DNA from: Octopus vulgaris
Taxonomy: Eukaryota
Length of the DNA stretch: 64,000 nt
Direction of reading: 5' to 3'
Assembly: GCA_951406725.2 (NCBI GenBank)
Contig: OX597824.1
Span: 7,378,001 to 7,442,000, forward strand
The notes under the pieces are model-generated. The model made no database searches, was not told the DNA's origin, and saw only the letters and a list, made by a program, of their open reading frames with translations. Shown in pieces: positions 50,013 through 63,618 of this stretch. Numbering within the stretch: position 1 is the first letter of the stretch; each line of letters starts with the position of its first letter. Made by a program: the position numbers and the translations under genes.

Positions 50013-51883
50013 CTGCAAAAGGAATGGAAAAATGCAAAACATCTTAGATAAGTTTCAAAAGATGTAAGGTTGTGAGGTTACAAAGTTTGCTTGGCAACCC
50101 TATGGTTTCAGACTTGGTCTCACCATGTGGCATCTTGGACACGTGTCTTCAATTATAGCCTCGAGCTGACCAATGTCTCGTGATAGAAACTGTATTGATG
50201 CCCAAGTGAAATCGTAGCTGTGGCTGGTGCTGGTGACACATGGAAGCACCCATGCTGGTGACATGTAGAAGCACCTGACCCGGTGACATGTGAAAAGCAC
50301 CATTACACTCGGGGTGGTTGGCGTTAGGAAGGGCATCCAGCTGTAGAAACCAAGCCAGAGTCAGACTGAATCCTGGTGCAGCTCCCCGACTTGCCAGTTT
50401 TCAGTCAAACTGTCCAACCCATGCCAGCATGGAAAGCAGACGCTAAACAATGATGATGATGATGATGATGACGCATAAACATCATCATCATCATCATCAT
50501 CTAATGTCTATTTTCCAAGCTGGCATGGGTTGGATGGTTTGACCGGAGCTGGGTAAGACCAGGGGCTACACCAGGTTCCATTGTCTGTTCTGGCAGGCTT
50601 TCTATGGCTGGGTGCCCTTCCTAACACAGACTACTTCACAGGGTGTACCAGGTGCTTTTTACCAGTACCAGTGCTTTTAACATGGTACCAATATGAGTGG
50701 TACAAATATATATATATATACACACACATATATATTTATTCTTTTACTTGTTTCAGTCATTTGTTGTGGCCATGCTGGAGCATCACCTTAAAGGGTTTGG
50801 GTTTCTAATAGAAGAAATCGACCCCAGGACTTATTCTTTGTAAGCCTAGTACTTATTTCATCTGTCTGTTTTGCCAAACCGCTAAGTTACAGAGACGTTA
50901 AAAACACCAACATCGGTTGTCAAGTGTGTGTGTGTGTGTGTGTGTGCATGTGTGTGTGTGTGTGTGTGTGTGCATGTGTGTGTGTGTGCATGTGTGTGTG
51001 TGTGTGTGCATGGTCTAGTGGTTAGAGTATTGAATGTACTAGATCACTAGATCATGGCTTCAGTTCTCAGGCCAAGTACCCAGTTGTGTTCTTAAACAAA
51101 ACACTTCATCGTATGTAGCTGCAGTTCACTCAACTTTAAAAGGGTGACCCTGCGATGGGCCAGCTCCCTGTTGGCCTGCACACCTGGCCAGCAGAGTGGC
51201 ATATTTCAAAGGCTAAAATAATGCAAAGCAAATTGCAGCAGGTAATATCTAACAGCATCCAATAGTCTGGTCAATCACATGTGATCACATGATGTGTGAG
51301 TCTGTGTGTGTGTGTGTGTGTGTGTGTACACACATGGTTCCAGGTTCAGTCCCAATGCATGGCACCTTCAGCAAGTGTCTTCTACTATAGCCTCAGGCCG
51401 GTTTGTAAGTGGATTTGGTAGATGGAAACTGAAAGAAGCCCATCATATATGTATGTATGTATGCATGTATATATTTGTGTGTCTGTGTTTGTCCCCCCCA
51501 ACATCGCTTGACAACCGATATTGGTGTGTTTACATCCCCGTAACTTAGCAGTTCGGCTTAAAGAGAACCGATAGAATAAGTACTAGGCTTACAAAGAATA
51601 AGACCTGGGGTTGATTTGTTCAACTAAAGGCAGTGCTCCAGCATGGTCACAGTCACATGACTGAAACAACTAAAAGAATAAAAGAATATATACATGGGTG
51701 TATTTGTGACTGAAAGATAGTATTAACAATGTAAAAGCCATTGATAATAATTTCCTTTGTTCCGTCTGAATCTCAGCTGCAAAGCTAGCACCAGGTAACA
51801 ACAAGATGCACATATGTGCAAGAAAAGTGCACATTTAATTTACAAAGGAGCAATTCAAGGGATCAGTGTTTAAAACTGCTTAC

Positions 51884-51950
51884 CTGGGATGATTTCATTT
51901 TCATTCCGATTGACAATAGTTCGAACTTTAAGGAGAGCAGTTTCAGAATG
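51884..51950 (-). CDS. MON2: MON2 coding exon 2: HSETALLKVRTIVNRNENEIIP(G)
   Basis: tctcttag| acceptor, G|gtaagc donor; 67 nt, phase 0 to 1; aligns to human [20 protein letters not shown]. Confidence 0.88.
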
Positions 51951-52159
51951 CTAAGAGAAAAATATTTAATTAGAAAAGGAAAATGACTGTAATGAAAGGT
52001 TGTATAATTAAAAGCTGTAACGAGAGATTATATATAGATATTTTGTAGCTCTCTAAATATATATGACTGTGCATAAGCAAATGTATATAAGTGGAAGAGA
52101 GTATTAATGCATGTATGCACATAAGCAAAATGCACATAATGTAATTAAGGTGGTGAGCT

Positions 52160-52400
52160 GGCAGAATCATTAGCACACCTGGCAGAAAAGTTAGCACACC
52201 TGGCAGAATCTTTAGCACACCTGGCAGAATCGTTAGCACACCTTGCAGAATCTTTAACACACCTGACAGAATCGTTACCACACCTGACAGAATCGTTACC
52301 ACACCTGACAGAATCATTACCACACCTGGCAGAATCTTTACCACACCTGGCAGAATCATTAGCATACCTGGCAAAATCATAACACACCTGGCAAAATGCT
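52160..52400 (+). repeat. 21-bp minisatellite (about 11 copies) inside a family-B SINE head
   Basis: Unit ggcagaatcgttagcacacct at 21-bp spacing (52160, 52181, 52202...). Confidence 0.9.
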
Positions 52401-52697
52401 TAGCAGCATTTCATTTGTCTTTATGTTCTGAGTTCAAATTCTGACTTTGCCTTTCATCCTTTCAGAGTCAATAAAATGTAATCGACTTAACCTGCTCCCC
52501 ATAAATTACTGGCCTTGTGCCAAAATTTGAAACCCATGTATTTAATGTATGTAATAAACAAAGAATTTTACAATATGAAATACAAATCAAATTTACAATA
52601 AAATATAAGCTAAATCTTCACCAAATATCCTTGCTTGGCTTAGTTCAGCAAGGACTGTCATGGTTGGGTGCCAGAGCCTAGTTCTTTACTAGTATTT

Positions 52698-53096
52698 TTA
52701 TATCCATTTCTTGATGATAGCCAACCATCTTTTCCTCTGTCCACCTCTTCTCCTTTGCCTCTTTAAGGTTCCTGGAAGATTAGTCCATACAAGACCAGTG
52801 GAGTTAGTGGCCATCTCAGTGGCCACTCTATTTCGGTGGCCACTGAGATGGCCACACCATCTCAGTTTTCTTTCCTTCACCATTATGCGCTCTTCAAGGC
52901 AGACAATGAGATGCTGATTGGTTTTGCAAAATTGCTCGTTTGTGATGCAATCCAAGAATGAGATGTCTAAGATTTTGTGGTAACATTTCATTTCCAGAGC
53001 CTGTATCTTCCTTTGTATTTCTTCTTTAAAACTAATCCTCAACCCTTCTCTGATCACCAGGATGAGGGAGAGACACGGTTTCATCCTTCTCATCAC
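52698..53096 (-). mobile_element. Degenerate RTE/BovB-like LINE fragment
   Basis: KIQALEMKCYHKILDIS...ITNE...VKERKLRWCGHL...RRRGGQRKRW. Confidence 0.8.
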
Positions 53097-54726
53097 ACAG
53101 ACACTGCTTCATTATTTTTATTCCATAAACACTTCCATGGCTGTTGCTCTACAAAACTTTTTTCTCTCTTGTACCTCACCGATATACTCTCTTTCAAACT
53201 TCAAACCCCTCACATCACCAGGACATCATCATCATCATCGTTTAACGTCTGTTTTCCATGCTAGCATGGGTTGGACGGTTCAACCAGGGTCTGTGAAGCC
53301 AGGAGGCTGCACCAGGCTCCAGTCTGATCTGGCAGTGTTTCTACAGCTGGATGCCCTTCCTAACGCCAACCACTCCATGAGTGTAGTGGGTGCTTTTTAC
53401 GTGCCAGGGAAGGCTAGCAACGGCCACGATCAGTTGGTGCCTTTTACGTGCCACCAGCACAGAAGCCAGTCAAGGTGGCGCTGGCATCGACTACGTATGG
53501 ATGGTGCTTTTTATGTGCCACCGGCACAGGTGCCAGGGCAGGCTGGCAACGGCCACGATAATTCCATGGCCACTGTCCTGTTGCACTTTCTTGTCCTGAT
53601 CCTCCTCTAAAGGTTACTAATCCAGTCACTCACTTTTCTACTAATCCTCATTCTTTCACGAGTTTTGAGCCCCTCTTGTAAGAAGTGCTTCTACTCTTGT
53701 AGTTGCTTTCTTCAAACACCTGTGTTATGGAGCTCTCTTCAGTGTCCCCTTATGTCACTAAATCAATATGTGTTGTCAATAGACATTGTCTAAAAGGTGG
53801 TGAGTTAGCAGAAACGTTAGCACACCAGGCGAAAATGCTTAGTGGTATTTAGTCTGCCATTACGCTGTGAGTTCAAATTCCGCCAAGGTCGACTTTGCCT
53901 TTCATCCTTTCAGGGTTGATAATATAAGTGCAAATTGTGCACTGGGGTCAATGTAATAGACTTAATCCGTTTGTCCTCTCTGTGTTTAGCCTCTTGTGGG
54001 TAGTAAAGAAATAGGTATTTTGTCTGCCGCTATGTTGTTCTGAGTTCAAATTCCACCGAGGTCGACTTTGCCTTTCATCCTTTCGGGGTCGATTAAATAA
54101 GTACCAGTTATGCACTGGGGTCGATGTAATCAACTTAGTCCCTTTGTCTGTCATTGTTTGTCCCCTCTATGTTTAGCCCCTTGTGGGCAATAAAGAATTA
54201 AATACACATCGTCTACAAGAAGCTGTTCTTCATATGCATATTCCCGTTTAAATCTGCCAGAACATGTTTAGAATAAATAAATACATTATTCGTTTTGACT
54301 TTTGCTGTTTTCTGTGCTTCTAATAATTTACCATCAACTTAGCAGATATCGTATGTCAGCAAATAATCTTTTAACTGAATTCTATAAACAAGAACAACCA
54401 GGGTTCCAGGGGTGGGGGGGTTGCTTTGAGTGAAGAGACATGAAGGTGTCAAAATACCAGTGTCTCAAAGAAAACCCTATGTCACTGAATCGCATGTCCT
54501 GTCAACACACATCATACGAAGGGTAAAGTTGTTCTTTAAAGGTGAAATACAACAGCACTAAGACTATTCCCATGTGAATCTGCCAAAACATGTCGAGAAT
54601 GAATATATATACATCAGTGTAGGTGAAAAATGATAAAAGAAAAACAAAAAGGAAAATAAAGAAAGAAAAATATCAATCGATTATATTAACAAAAAAAAAA
54701 AAAAGGCTGGAAGAAGACATAAATAC

Positions 54727-54852
54727 CTCTTTAACACTGGGGAATTTTCTTTTGGCCTCAGAAGACAACTGCCGAAGATCTGTTTGTAAGGTGTCCAGAA
54801 GTTTTTTAGCCAAGATAGGGGCTAATGCGTGAGAATGTCCTTGGTGAAACAT
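54727..54852 (-). CDS. MON2: MON2 coding exon 1: MFHQGHSHALAPILAKKLLDTLQTDLRQLSSEAKRKFPSVKE
   Basis: ATG at 54852; 126 nt; donor GAG|gtattt. Resembles the MON2 N-terminus ([27 protein letters not shown] in human, recalled). An acceptor tttcgttag at 54921-54922 implies 68 nt of 5'UTR in this exon. Confidence 0.9.
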
Positions 54853-55222
54853 GGTAAGAGTTTCACTTGGCTAACTTAACAAACCTTCTGATGACAGTTA
54901 TACCATTAACTTGTGCAGGCCTAACGAAATAGAAATAACAAATATAATTAGCATTATGAAATATTTTAAAAACAAATACAGAATATACATTTCAATGAAA
55001 CATCATCATCACCACCACCACCACCATCATTTCATGCTTGTTTAAGAAGCTGTCATGGGTTGGTCAGTTCAATAGGATCCAGAAAGTTGAAGGACCACAT
55101 CTTGCTCCAATGTCTCCATTCTGGTTGTGGTTACTAGAGTTAGATGCCCTTCCTGACAGTGGCCACTCTCTACATAGTGTGCTGGGTACATTTTTTTGTG
55201 GCACCAGCACTACAGATATTGA

Positions 55223-55608
55223 TGTGGAGGCGCAATGGCCCAGTGGTTAGGGCAGCGGACTCGCATTCAAAGGATCGCGCTTTCGATTCCCAGACCGGGC
55301 GTTGTGAGTGTTTATTGAGCGAAAACACCTAAAAGCTCCATGAGGCTCCGGCAGGGATGGTGGTGATCCCTGCTGTACTCTTTCACCACAACTTTCTCTC
55401 ACTCTTACTTCCTGTTTCTGTTGTACCTGTATTTCAAAGGGCCGGCCTTGTCATTCTCTGTGTCACGCTGAATATCCCCGAGAACTACGTTAAGGGGTAC
55501 ACGTGTCTGTGGAGTGCTCAGGCACTTACACGTTAATTTCATGAGCAGGCTGTTCCGTTGATCAGATCAACCGGAACCCTCGTCATCGTAACCGACGGAG
55601 TGCTTCCA
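55223..55608 (+). mobile_element. Family-C-headed SINE with an alternative tail
   Basis: Same tRNA-like head as 47830; its 3' part (55433-55600) matches the tail of the differently headed SINE at 42230-42542(-). Confidence 0.75.
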
Positions 55609-55994
55609 TCCATAGATATTGATAGACCGATAGAATAAGTACTAAGCTTACAAAGAATAAAGTCCTGGGGTTGATTTGTTCGACTAAAGGCAGTGCTCCA
55701 GCATGGCCACAGTCAAATGACTGAAACAAAATAATAAAAGTGTAAATAACTATGCCCCCCCCTCCCCTGCACACATATACACAGCTTCCAGTGATTTTGG
55801 AGAGAGCAGATTCCCTGCTAAATCAAACCATTGCAAAGAAACATGTTGGAAAACTACATTGGATAATATTGTAATATGATGCATGGTGGATGACAACAGA
55901 TGGGATGGGCATGACTGGAAGGCTTTTCCTCATCCAACCCAGAGTGAAATAACAAGAGCAATGATTATGGTATGGCATGAGAGAAAAACAGGCA

Positions 55995-56023
55995 GGGATA
56001 GAGAGAGACAAAGAGAGACACAT

Positions 56024-56067
<44 letters not shown>

Positions 56068-56123
56068 GGACAGACAGAGAGAGAGGGGAAAAGAGAGACA
56101 GGGACAGAGAAAGAGAGGAAAAA

Positions 56124-56154
<31 letters not shown>

Positions 56155-56400
56155 CAGAGAGAGAGAGAGGAAAAAAGAGAGAGACAGACAGAGAAAGAGA
56201 AGAAAAGAGAGGCAGGGACAGACAAAGAGACAAAGAAAGATAGGAAAAGAGAGACAGAAAGACAGAAAGAAAAAGAGAGACAGACAGAGAGAGAAAGAGA
56301 GGAAAAGAGAGACAGACAGACAGAGAAAGAGAGGAAAAGAGAGACAGACAGACAGACAGACAGAGAAAGAGAGGAAAAGAGAGACAGACAGACAGACAGC
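55995..56400. repeat. (GA)n/(GACA)n purine-rich tract
   Basis: Direct reading. Confidence 0.95.
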
Positions 56401-59400
56401 AAGAACAGAGAAGCTAGAAATAATGTCTCGCAGTAAAAACTCTAACTAAAGCAAGCCATGGTTCTATTGCGTTTTCAAAGCTTGATGCTATTCTGTAAAA
56501 GGTCAAAGCAATCTTTTGTCACCAAATATAGAACTCTGGACATTGAAAAGCAAAGGGAAACTGAAAACAAACAACCAACCAAAAGTAGAAAAATAAACAC
56601 CACTCTATTAAATATTGTTATTTTTTTTTCTTCTGAAGTTTCTTTGCTCTAAGTTCACAGTGGAATACAACATGTGAACTGTGATACAAGTTTGTCTATA
56701 ACAGAGGAATACAACACATGCTCTGTGACACATATTAGCAATGTTAGACAGAAGAATGCATCGAAGCCTTCTTCAGAAGAGATGACAACCAAGGAAAATA
56801 TGTAATTCCACTCCCATGCAGTTGTGGCAGAGAAACGAAAGTGAAACCAGTTGTTGCCCCACCCTGCCATCCGAAAAACCCATCCACCCCAAAAAGATTG
56901 CTACAGCGATATCATACAGTTGTGATATGTAGGGAGACCAAAAAATGAAGGCTGATCACATAAGTGGAGAATAAGAAGAAGCAGTCACCAACTCTTGTGG
57001 AACCTACACAAGACAATAGGGGTCAACCGTAGAAGGGAAAGTAGCTGAAAGAATCAGGGCATATGTGGAGCTTTGATAATACTGTCAGTTAACATGACAC
57101 GTCTTTTCAAGCACAACAAGGCGGGTAAAATGGTTATCGTTATATCATCTATCTTTACGTTCTGAGTTCAAATTCCGCCGAGGTCGACTTTGCCTTTCAT
57201 CCTTTCAGGGTCAATAAATTAAGTACCAAATGCATACTGGGGTCGATATAATCGACTGGCCCCCCTTCCCCAAAAATTTCAGGCCTTGTGCCTAGTGTAG
57301 AAAAGATTATTTATCAACCAAAGGCGGTGAGCTGGCAAAAACGTTAGCATGCCAGGCAAAATGCTTAGCAGTATTTCGTCTGCTGCTACGTTCTGAGTTC
57401 AAATTCCGCCGAGATCGACTTTGCCTTTCATCCTTACGGGGTCAATTAAATAAGTACCAGTTACGTACTGGGGTCGATATAATCGACTTAATCCGTTTGT
57501 CTGTCCTTGTTTGTCTTCTCTGTGTTTAGCCCCTTGTGGGTAGTAAAGAAATAGGTATTTCGTCTGTCATAACGTGCTGAGTTCGAATTCCACCGAGGTC
57601 GACTTTGCCTTTCATTTTTTCAGGGTCGATAAATTAAGTACCAGTTGTGTACTGGGGTTGATCTAATTGATTGGCCCCCCTCCCCAAAAATTTCAGGCCT
57701 TGTGCCTAGAGTAGAAAAGATTATTTATCAACCAAAGGCGGCAAACTGACAGAAACGTTAGCACTCTGGGTGAAATGCTTAGCAGTATTTCGTTAGTCTT
57801 TACTTTCCGAGTTCAAATTCTGCCAAGGTCAACTTTGCCTTTCATCCTTTCAAGGTCACTAAATTAAGTACCAGCTGCGTACTGACGTCGATCTAATCAT
57901 CTGGCCCCCTCCCCAAAAACTACGGGCTTTGTGCCTAGAGCAGAAAAGAATATTTTTTCTCCTCCCTCAAAATAAAATGCAGATTTACAATTTTACTTTT
58001 GAGGTCCAAATGTAATGAAGTCAATAATAAAATAAAATAAAATAAAATAAATCTTTTAAACCTTTTACAAGTTTTTGAAACTTTTACACTTAAAAAATAA
58101 ACTGAGAAATCAGTTTGCAAAGTTTTTACGCATATTTTATTTTTAATTTATTTTTAGCAAAATTACTTTCTGCTGTATTTTAAAATCTCTTCTTGGCTCC
58201 TCGTCAAATTAAACATCTTTAAATGTATATATATTTTTATTTTATTTTATTTTATTTTCATGAAAGACTGGAAACCTCAAAGTGATGACAGAGAACCATC
58301 TACTTTAAATATATATCGATGCATATTATAAACTTTCTCTGCTTTAAAGATTAAGGAAATAGTCTTTGACTCCAAGAGTACATATATTATTTTAGTACTA
58401 ATACAAATTATACGACGACAACAAAAACACACACACAAAAATAACAAGGACTCTGCATTATAAAAAAGAATATAGGACACAGGCATTATGCCAGATGCCA
58501 GACAACTTCGTAGTAGTGTGTGTGGGTTTTTTAAAACACTATCAAACTATCAACAACATCAGCCAGAATGAAGCTGGTAGATTACTGTATTTGAAAAATA
58601 TTTGAGATGAGCTGAATATGACAGTGTGTGGGTTAAAATAACAAGAACATCAAGCAGAATGAAGAAGGAAATGATAAGGTCTGAAATGCGTTTTATTCGA
58701 TGGGTCAAAAATATTGTCAACATCAAGCAGAATAATGACGGCTAATTACTAGCCTTTTATTTGTTTTAGTCATTTGACTGGAGCCATGCTGGAGCAGGTT
58801 TGAAATATATTTCAGTTGCGTGGAGCCACAATATTTTTCTAATAATTCAAACTATATGCTTGGAATTTTTTTAGCTATGGCAATTAGAAAAAACAAAATT
58901 AAGACTGGAAACGATGAAAGCTAATTAAGTAGTAAATATAACATAGAAAGCATGTAACAGACCATTGATCAGATTTATGAATAAATGAATATAAAAACTT
59001 ATGTAATCAACGAAGAACAAAAGATAATATAATTTTCCGACTACAACAGATTTTGAGGTCTTTGTTCGATATATTTTTAATATTTTTTTTTAACATTTGT
59101 TTTGTTTTGCTTATTTCATTAAATTAATATATTTGTTCTGTTTCTATATTGAAAACCAAAAACAAAGAAGATTATTGACACATAAAAAAATACCACCAGC
59201 ACTGAAGCACGGAATTAAATACCAAACTATTCACATAATCTTTGTATTCATTCCTTGTCTGGGTATTTGCCCAAAATATAAATGAGTACCAAATACCAAG
59301 ACAAATCTTTATCCAAGTATTTATTCCAACAACATAAGAGAACACTTTCACAATTTCAAGTGCAATTGAGCTGGTTTTTTTACTAGAATTTCAACTTAGC

Positions 59401-60400
59401 ACAACACAATCCGAAACTAGGACAATCTTATCCTGTCCAGTGCCCTTATCTCTTGTGTCAATAGTTGCACAATTCTAAAGCTTTACTCAGCATAACTAAA
59501 TTTAGGCCAAGTTTTGTGGCAAGGGCTTAAAGCAACAATCAACATATTTTTCAATAATTTGGGGCCAATATTTTCAGAGGATGCTAAAACTTATGATAAT
59601 CTTTTCTGCAGTAACATTCCAGAACTTAATTAACTTAATTAACAATTGAGAAATAACTTGTATGCAAAGGTTAACTTATGTTTAAAATACATAGAACCAT
59701 AGAAATAAAAAGCACTATCCGAACGTGGCTGGTGCCAGCACTGCCTCCTGTGCCAGGGCACGTAAAAAGCACCATCCGAACGTGGCAGATGTCAGTACCG
59801 CCTTGACTAGCTTCTGTGTCGGTGGCACGTAAAAACCCCCAACCGACTGTGACCGCTACCAGCCTCCCCTAGCATGTAAAAAGTACCCACTACACTTACG
59901 GAGTGGTTGGTTTTAGGAAGGGCATCCAGCTGTAGAAACACTGCCAGATCAGACTGGAGCCTGGTCCAGCCTCCTGGCTTCCCAGACCCTGGTCAAACCG
60001 TCCAACCCGTGCTAGCACGGAAAACGAATGTTAAATGATGATGATAGAACATATATACACATATGTATACATATATATTAGGGATTCTCTGTTCACTAAA
60101 TAGTAATGTAATATACAAGTTATGAAAACATTGGTGTGATAATCTACTGCAGATAATTAACTTTAATTGTACAAAGTAATATTATTGTGGTCTGGTGGTT
60201 AGGGGGTTGAATTTATGACCATAAGATCATGGTTTCAGTTCCCGAGCCAGGCAGCGGACTTCATTCTTGAGCAAAACATTCGATTTCACATTGCTCCAAC
60301 CCATTCAGCTGTAAATGAGATCCACACCCTGCCCCCAATAACCAGGAAGTTAACCCTGCGATAGTCAGGCATCCTGTGCGGTGGGGAAGTATGTCATTTA

Positions 60401-61047
60401 CAAGGGGGTGCTGAAAAGTTCCTTGCAGTAGGTCAGGGGTCTCCAAGGTGGTCAATATCGACCCAAGGGAGGGGGGGTCGATGGAACTATTCAAGGGGTC
60501 GATAAATGCACATCTACTTAATTATTATTATTATTAATTATTTTCTTGTACATGCCTGGGGGGAGGGATGAGGAGACAGGGATTCCATAAAGGGGTCGAT
60601 GGTCTAAAAAGTTTGAGGACCCCTGCTTTAGGTGAAAGAAAATACAGGAGGATCAGTTAATTATGATTTTAAGCACCAACCAATCGTGGCTGTTGCCAGC
60701 CTCCCCTGGCACCTGTGCCAGTGGCACGTAAAAAGCACTCACTACACTTACAGAGTTAGGAAGGGCATCCAGCTGTAGAAGGGCATCCAGCTGTAGAAAC
60801 ACTGCCAGATCAGACTGGAGCCTGGTGCAGCCTCCTGGCTTCCCAGACCCTGGTCAAACCGTCCAACCCATGCTAGCATGGAAAGCGGATGTTAAACGAT
60901 GATGATGATATTCCCTTCTCAGATTCACACACTTATTACAGTGGCCCTTAAGTTTTTCTAAACCCTGTAAAAGAACTCGGAAGGTTGGGCCTCCAACCAG
61001 GCCTTCAACAATACCCTTAAACCCAGGAACTATTCAGCAACCCCTTA
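60401..61047. mobile_element. mariner-type MITE with a nested hAT MITE (60434-60625) and an RTE tail (60671-60908)
   Basis: Host ends caagggggtgctgaaaagttcc / ggaactattcagcaacccctt; uninterrupted copy at about 29055-29270. hAT ends CAGGGGTC...GACCCCTG with 8-bp flanks cagtaggt / ctttaggt. Confidence 0.78.
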
Positions 61048-61844
61048 TATATGCCTTGCAAACTGGAGTTCAGATTCAGCCTTATAAGTCCCAGAGCACA
61101 TGACATAGCTAAGTCTAAATTCATATTACTGTTTAGAAAAATAAGAATTCCTGTTTACACTTTCTCGTGTGTGTTTATTACAACGCTGAAAGAAAATATA
61201 AACTGTAAGCACTTAGAGAGTGTGGCTGTTAACAACAGTTCCGGATTACGTTTGCAAAACAACAACCTCATGTACTATTGTGCTTCCTACAGATATTTCA
61301 GACAAACTAAAACCAGGAATAAGATTGTTTGCCAACATAACATGGCAGTCCTGGTTTAGGACAAATGTTGCTGTAATTTAGCCCCAGGAGAGGAGACATC
61401 GTCTCCAGCTGGTTATACGACACGATTTGTGTCATATTTTTTGTATAGCCAACTGGAGATGATGTCTCCTGGGGCTAAATTACAGCAACATTCGTCCTAA
61501 ACCAGGACTGCCACGCTATGCTGGCAAACAATCTTTACTACAAAGTACTGTTGCTGAATATCTCTCGTTGTGAGATTTACAAATAGCTGACTGGTTCCCA
61601 TGCTGGTGGCACGTAAAAAGCACCATACAAGCATGGTCGATGCCAGTACCGCCTGACTAGCCCATGTGCCGGTGGCATGTAAAAAGCACCCACTACACTC
61701 TCAGAGTGGTTGGCATTAAGAAGGACATCCAGCTGTAGAAACTTTGCCAGATCAAGATTGGAGCCTGGTGCAGCTTCCTGGCTTGCTAGTCCTCAGTCAA
61801 ATCGTCCAACCCATGCTAGCATGGAAAGTGGACATTAAACAACT

Positions 61845-61876
<32 letters not shown>

Positions 61877-63572
61877 GACAAGGGTTAACCTGAAACTATG
61901 CAAAATGACAAATGCTCAAGATGCCAAGGAATGAGATTGAACTTAAGACCTAGTGGTTGCAAAGTGTACTACTTAACCATTCGGCTACACACTACCTACA
62001 GACTATGAAATAAAAGGATAGCAAAAAAAAAAGCAAAAAAAACTATGAAAATAATATAAAAAGAAATCAAGAACATCTTTGTTGATTTGTTCAAAATTCT
62101 TGAATTCATCAAAGTTAAAAATGAAAGGCGCTAATTTAAAAGATAACGGTTTCCAGAAAAATAACCTCAATTAAATATATAACCCTTTCTTTTTGAGATT
62201 AAAGAATTTGAAACTCAAGTGAATATAACATGAAAGGCTCTATTAAATGAAAATATAAACTATAACCCTTTAGAAGTTTGGCTAACAAGAACGCTTTCAT
62301 ATTAGATTCCTAAAAGAACAATTACTTGCTTCAGTGTGTCTCCCACAGATATTTCAAGCAAAGTAGAAACTACGAATAGAAAGAAAGAGAGAAAATATTG
62401 ATAAAAAAGCAAAGTTTGTGAATCTTGTGATGTTTGTGTCACCAAAGAAAAACGGAAAAAAAATGTTTTTAATCTGTTCCAAATATTCAGAATTCAGCTC
62501 AATTCATGACAAAAGTCTTGATTTATTTTATTTTTATTTTATTTAAAAAAAAAAACAAAAGATGCTATAAATAAATATTAAATTAAAATTAGGCGCTTTA
62601 GAAGCACGAACCCAAGATGGGAAAATATGCGCAGATCTTAGGTCCGTGCTTCTGAAGAGACTAAATTTAATTTAATGTTTGTTTTGTAATTGAAAATATT
62701 AACTATTTACTTAATCACCTGCTACTAATAAACTGATGCTATTTTAAAGAAAACCAAGAGAAAAAGTACAATAACAAACGAAAATAATAAGAAAAAAAAT
62801 AATAATAAATTGAATAAATGTACTTTAATAAATGATGATTACAAATTTTTTTCCACAAGGGCAACTAAGGGGGGGGGGGTAAGTCAATTACATCGACCCC
62901 AGTGTGTAACTGGTACTTATTTAGTTGACCCTGGAAAGCTGAAAGGCAAAGTTGACCTCAGTGGAAATTGAACTCAGAACATAGCAATTGGCTAAATGCC
63001 TATTTCTTTACTACCCACAAGGGGCTAAACAAGGCAGTGCCCCCAGCGTGGCTACATCCCAACACAGCAAGGTGGACTACCTACTTACAGCTTGATGGAC
63101 TGAGCTAGCTCAATGGTGATTAGTCATGGCCATATATATATGGCCATGAGTAATCACCATATATATTACTCTTTACTCTTTTACTTGTTTCAGTCATTTG
63201 ACTGCGGCCATGCTGGAGCACTGCCTTTAGTCGAGCAAATCGACCCCGGAACTTATTCTTTGTAAGCCCAGTACTTATTCTATCGGTCTCTTTTGCCGAA
63301 CCGCTAAATGACGGGGACGTAAACACACCAGCATCGGTTGTCAAGCACACACACACACACATATATATATACATATATACGACAGGCTTCTTTCAGTTTC
63401 CGTCTACCAAATCCACTCACAAGGCATTGGTCGGCCCGGGGCTATAGCAGAAGACACTTGCCCAAGATGCCACGCAGTGGGACTGAACCCGGAACCATGT
63501 GGTTGGTAAGCTAGCTACTTACCACACAGCCACTCCTGCGCCACATATATATATGTGTATATATATATATAT

Positions 63573-63618
<46 letters not shown>

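Noticed and set aside
55223-55300. tRNA genes at SINE heads (also 16563, 29323, 47830)
   Set aside because: A and B boxes are present, but there is no complete cloverleaf or terminator, and each continues into a SINE body.
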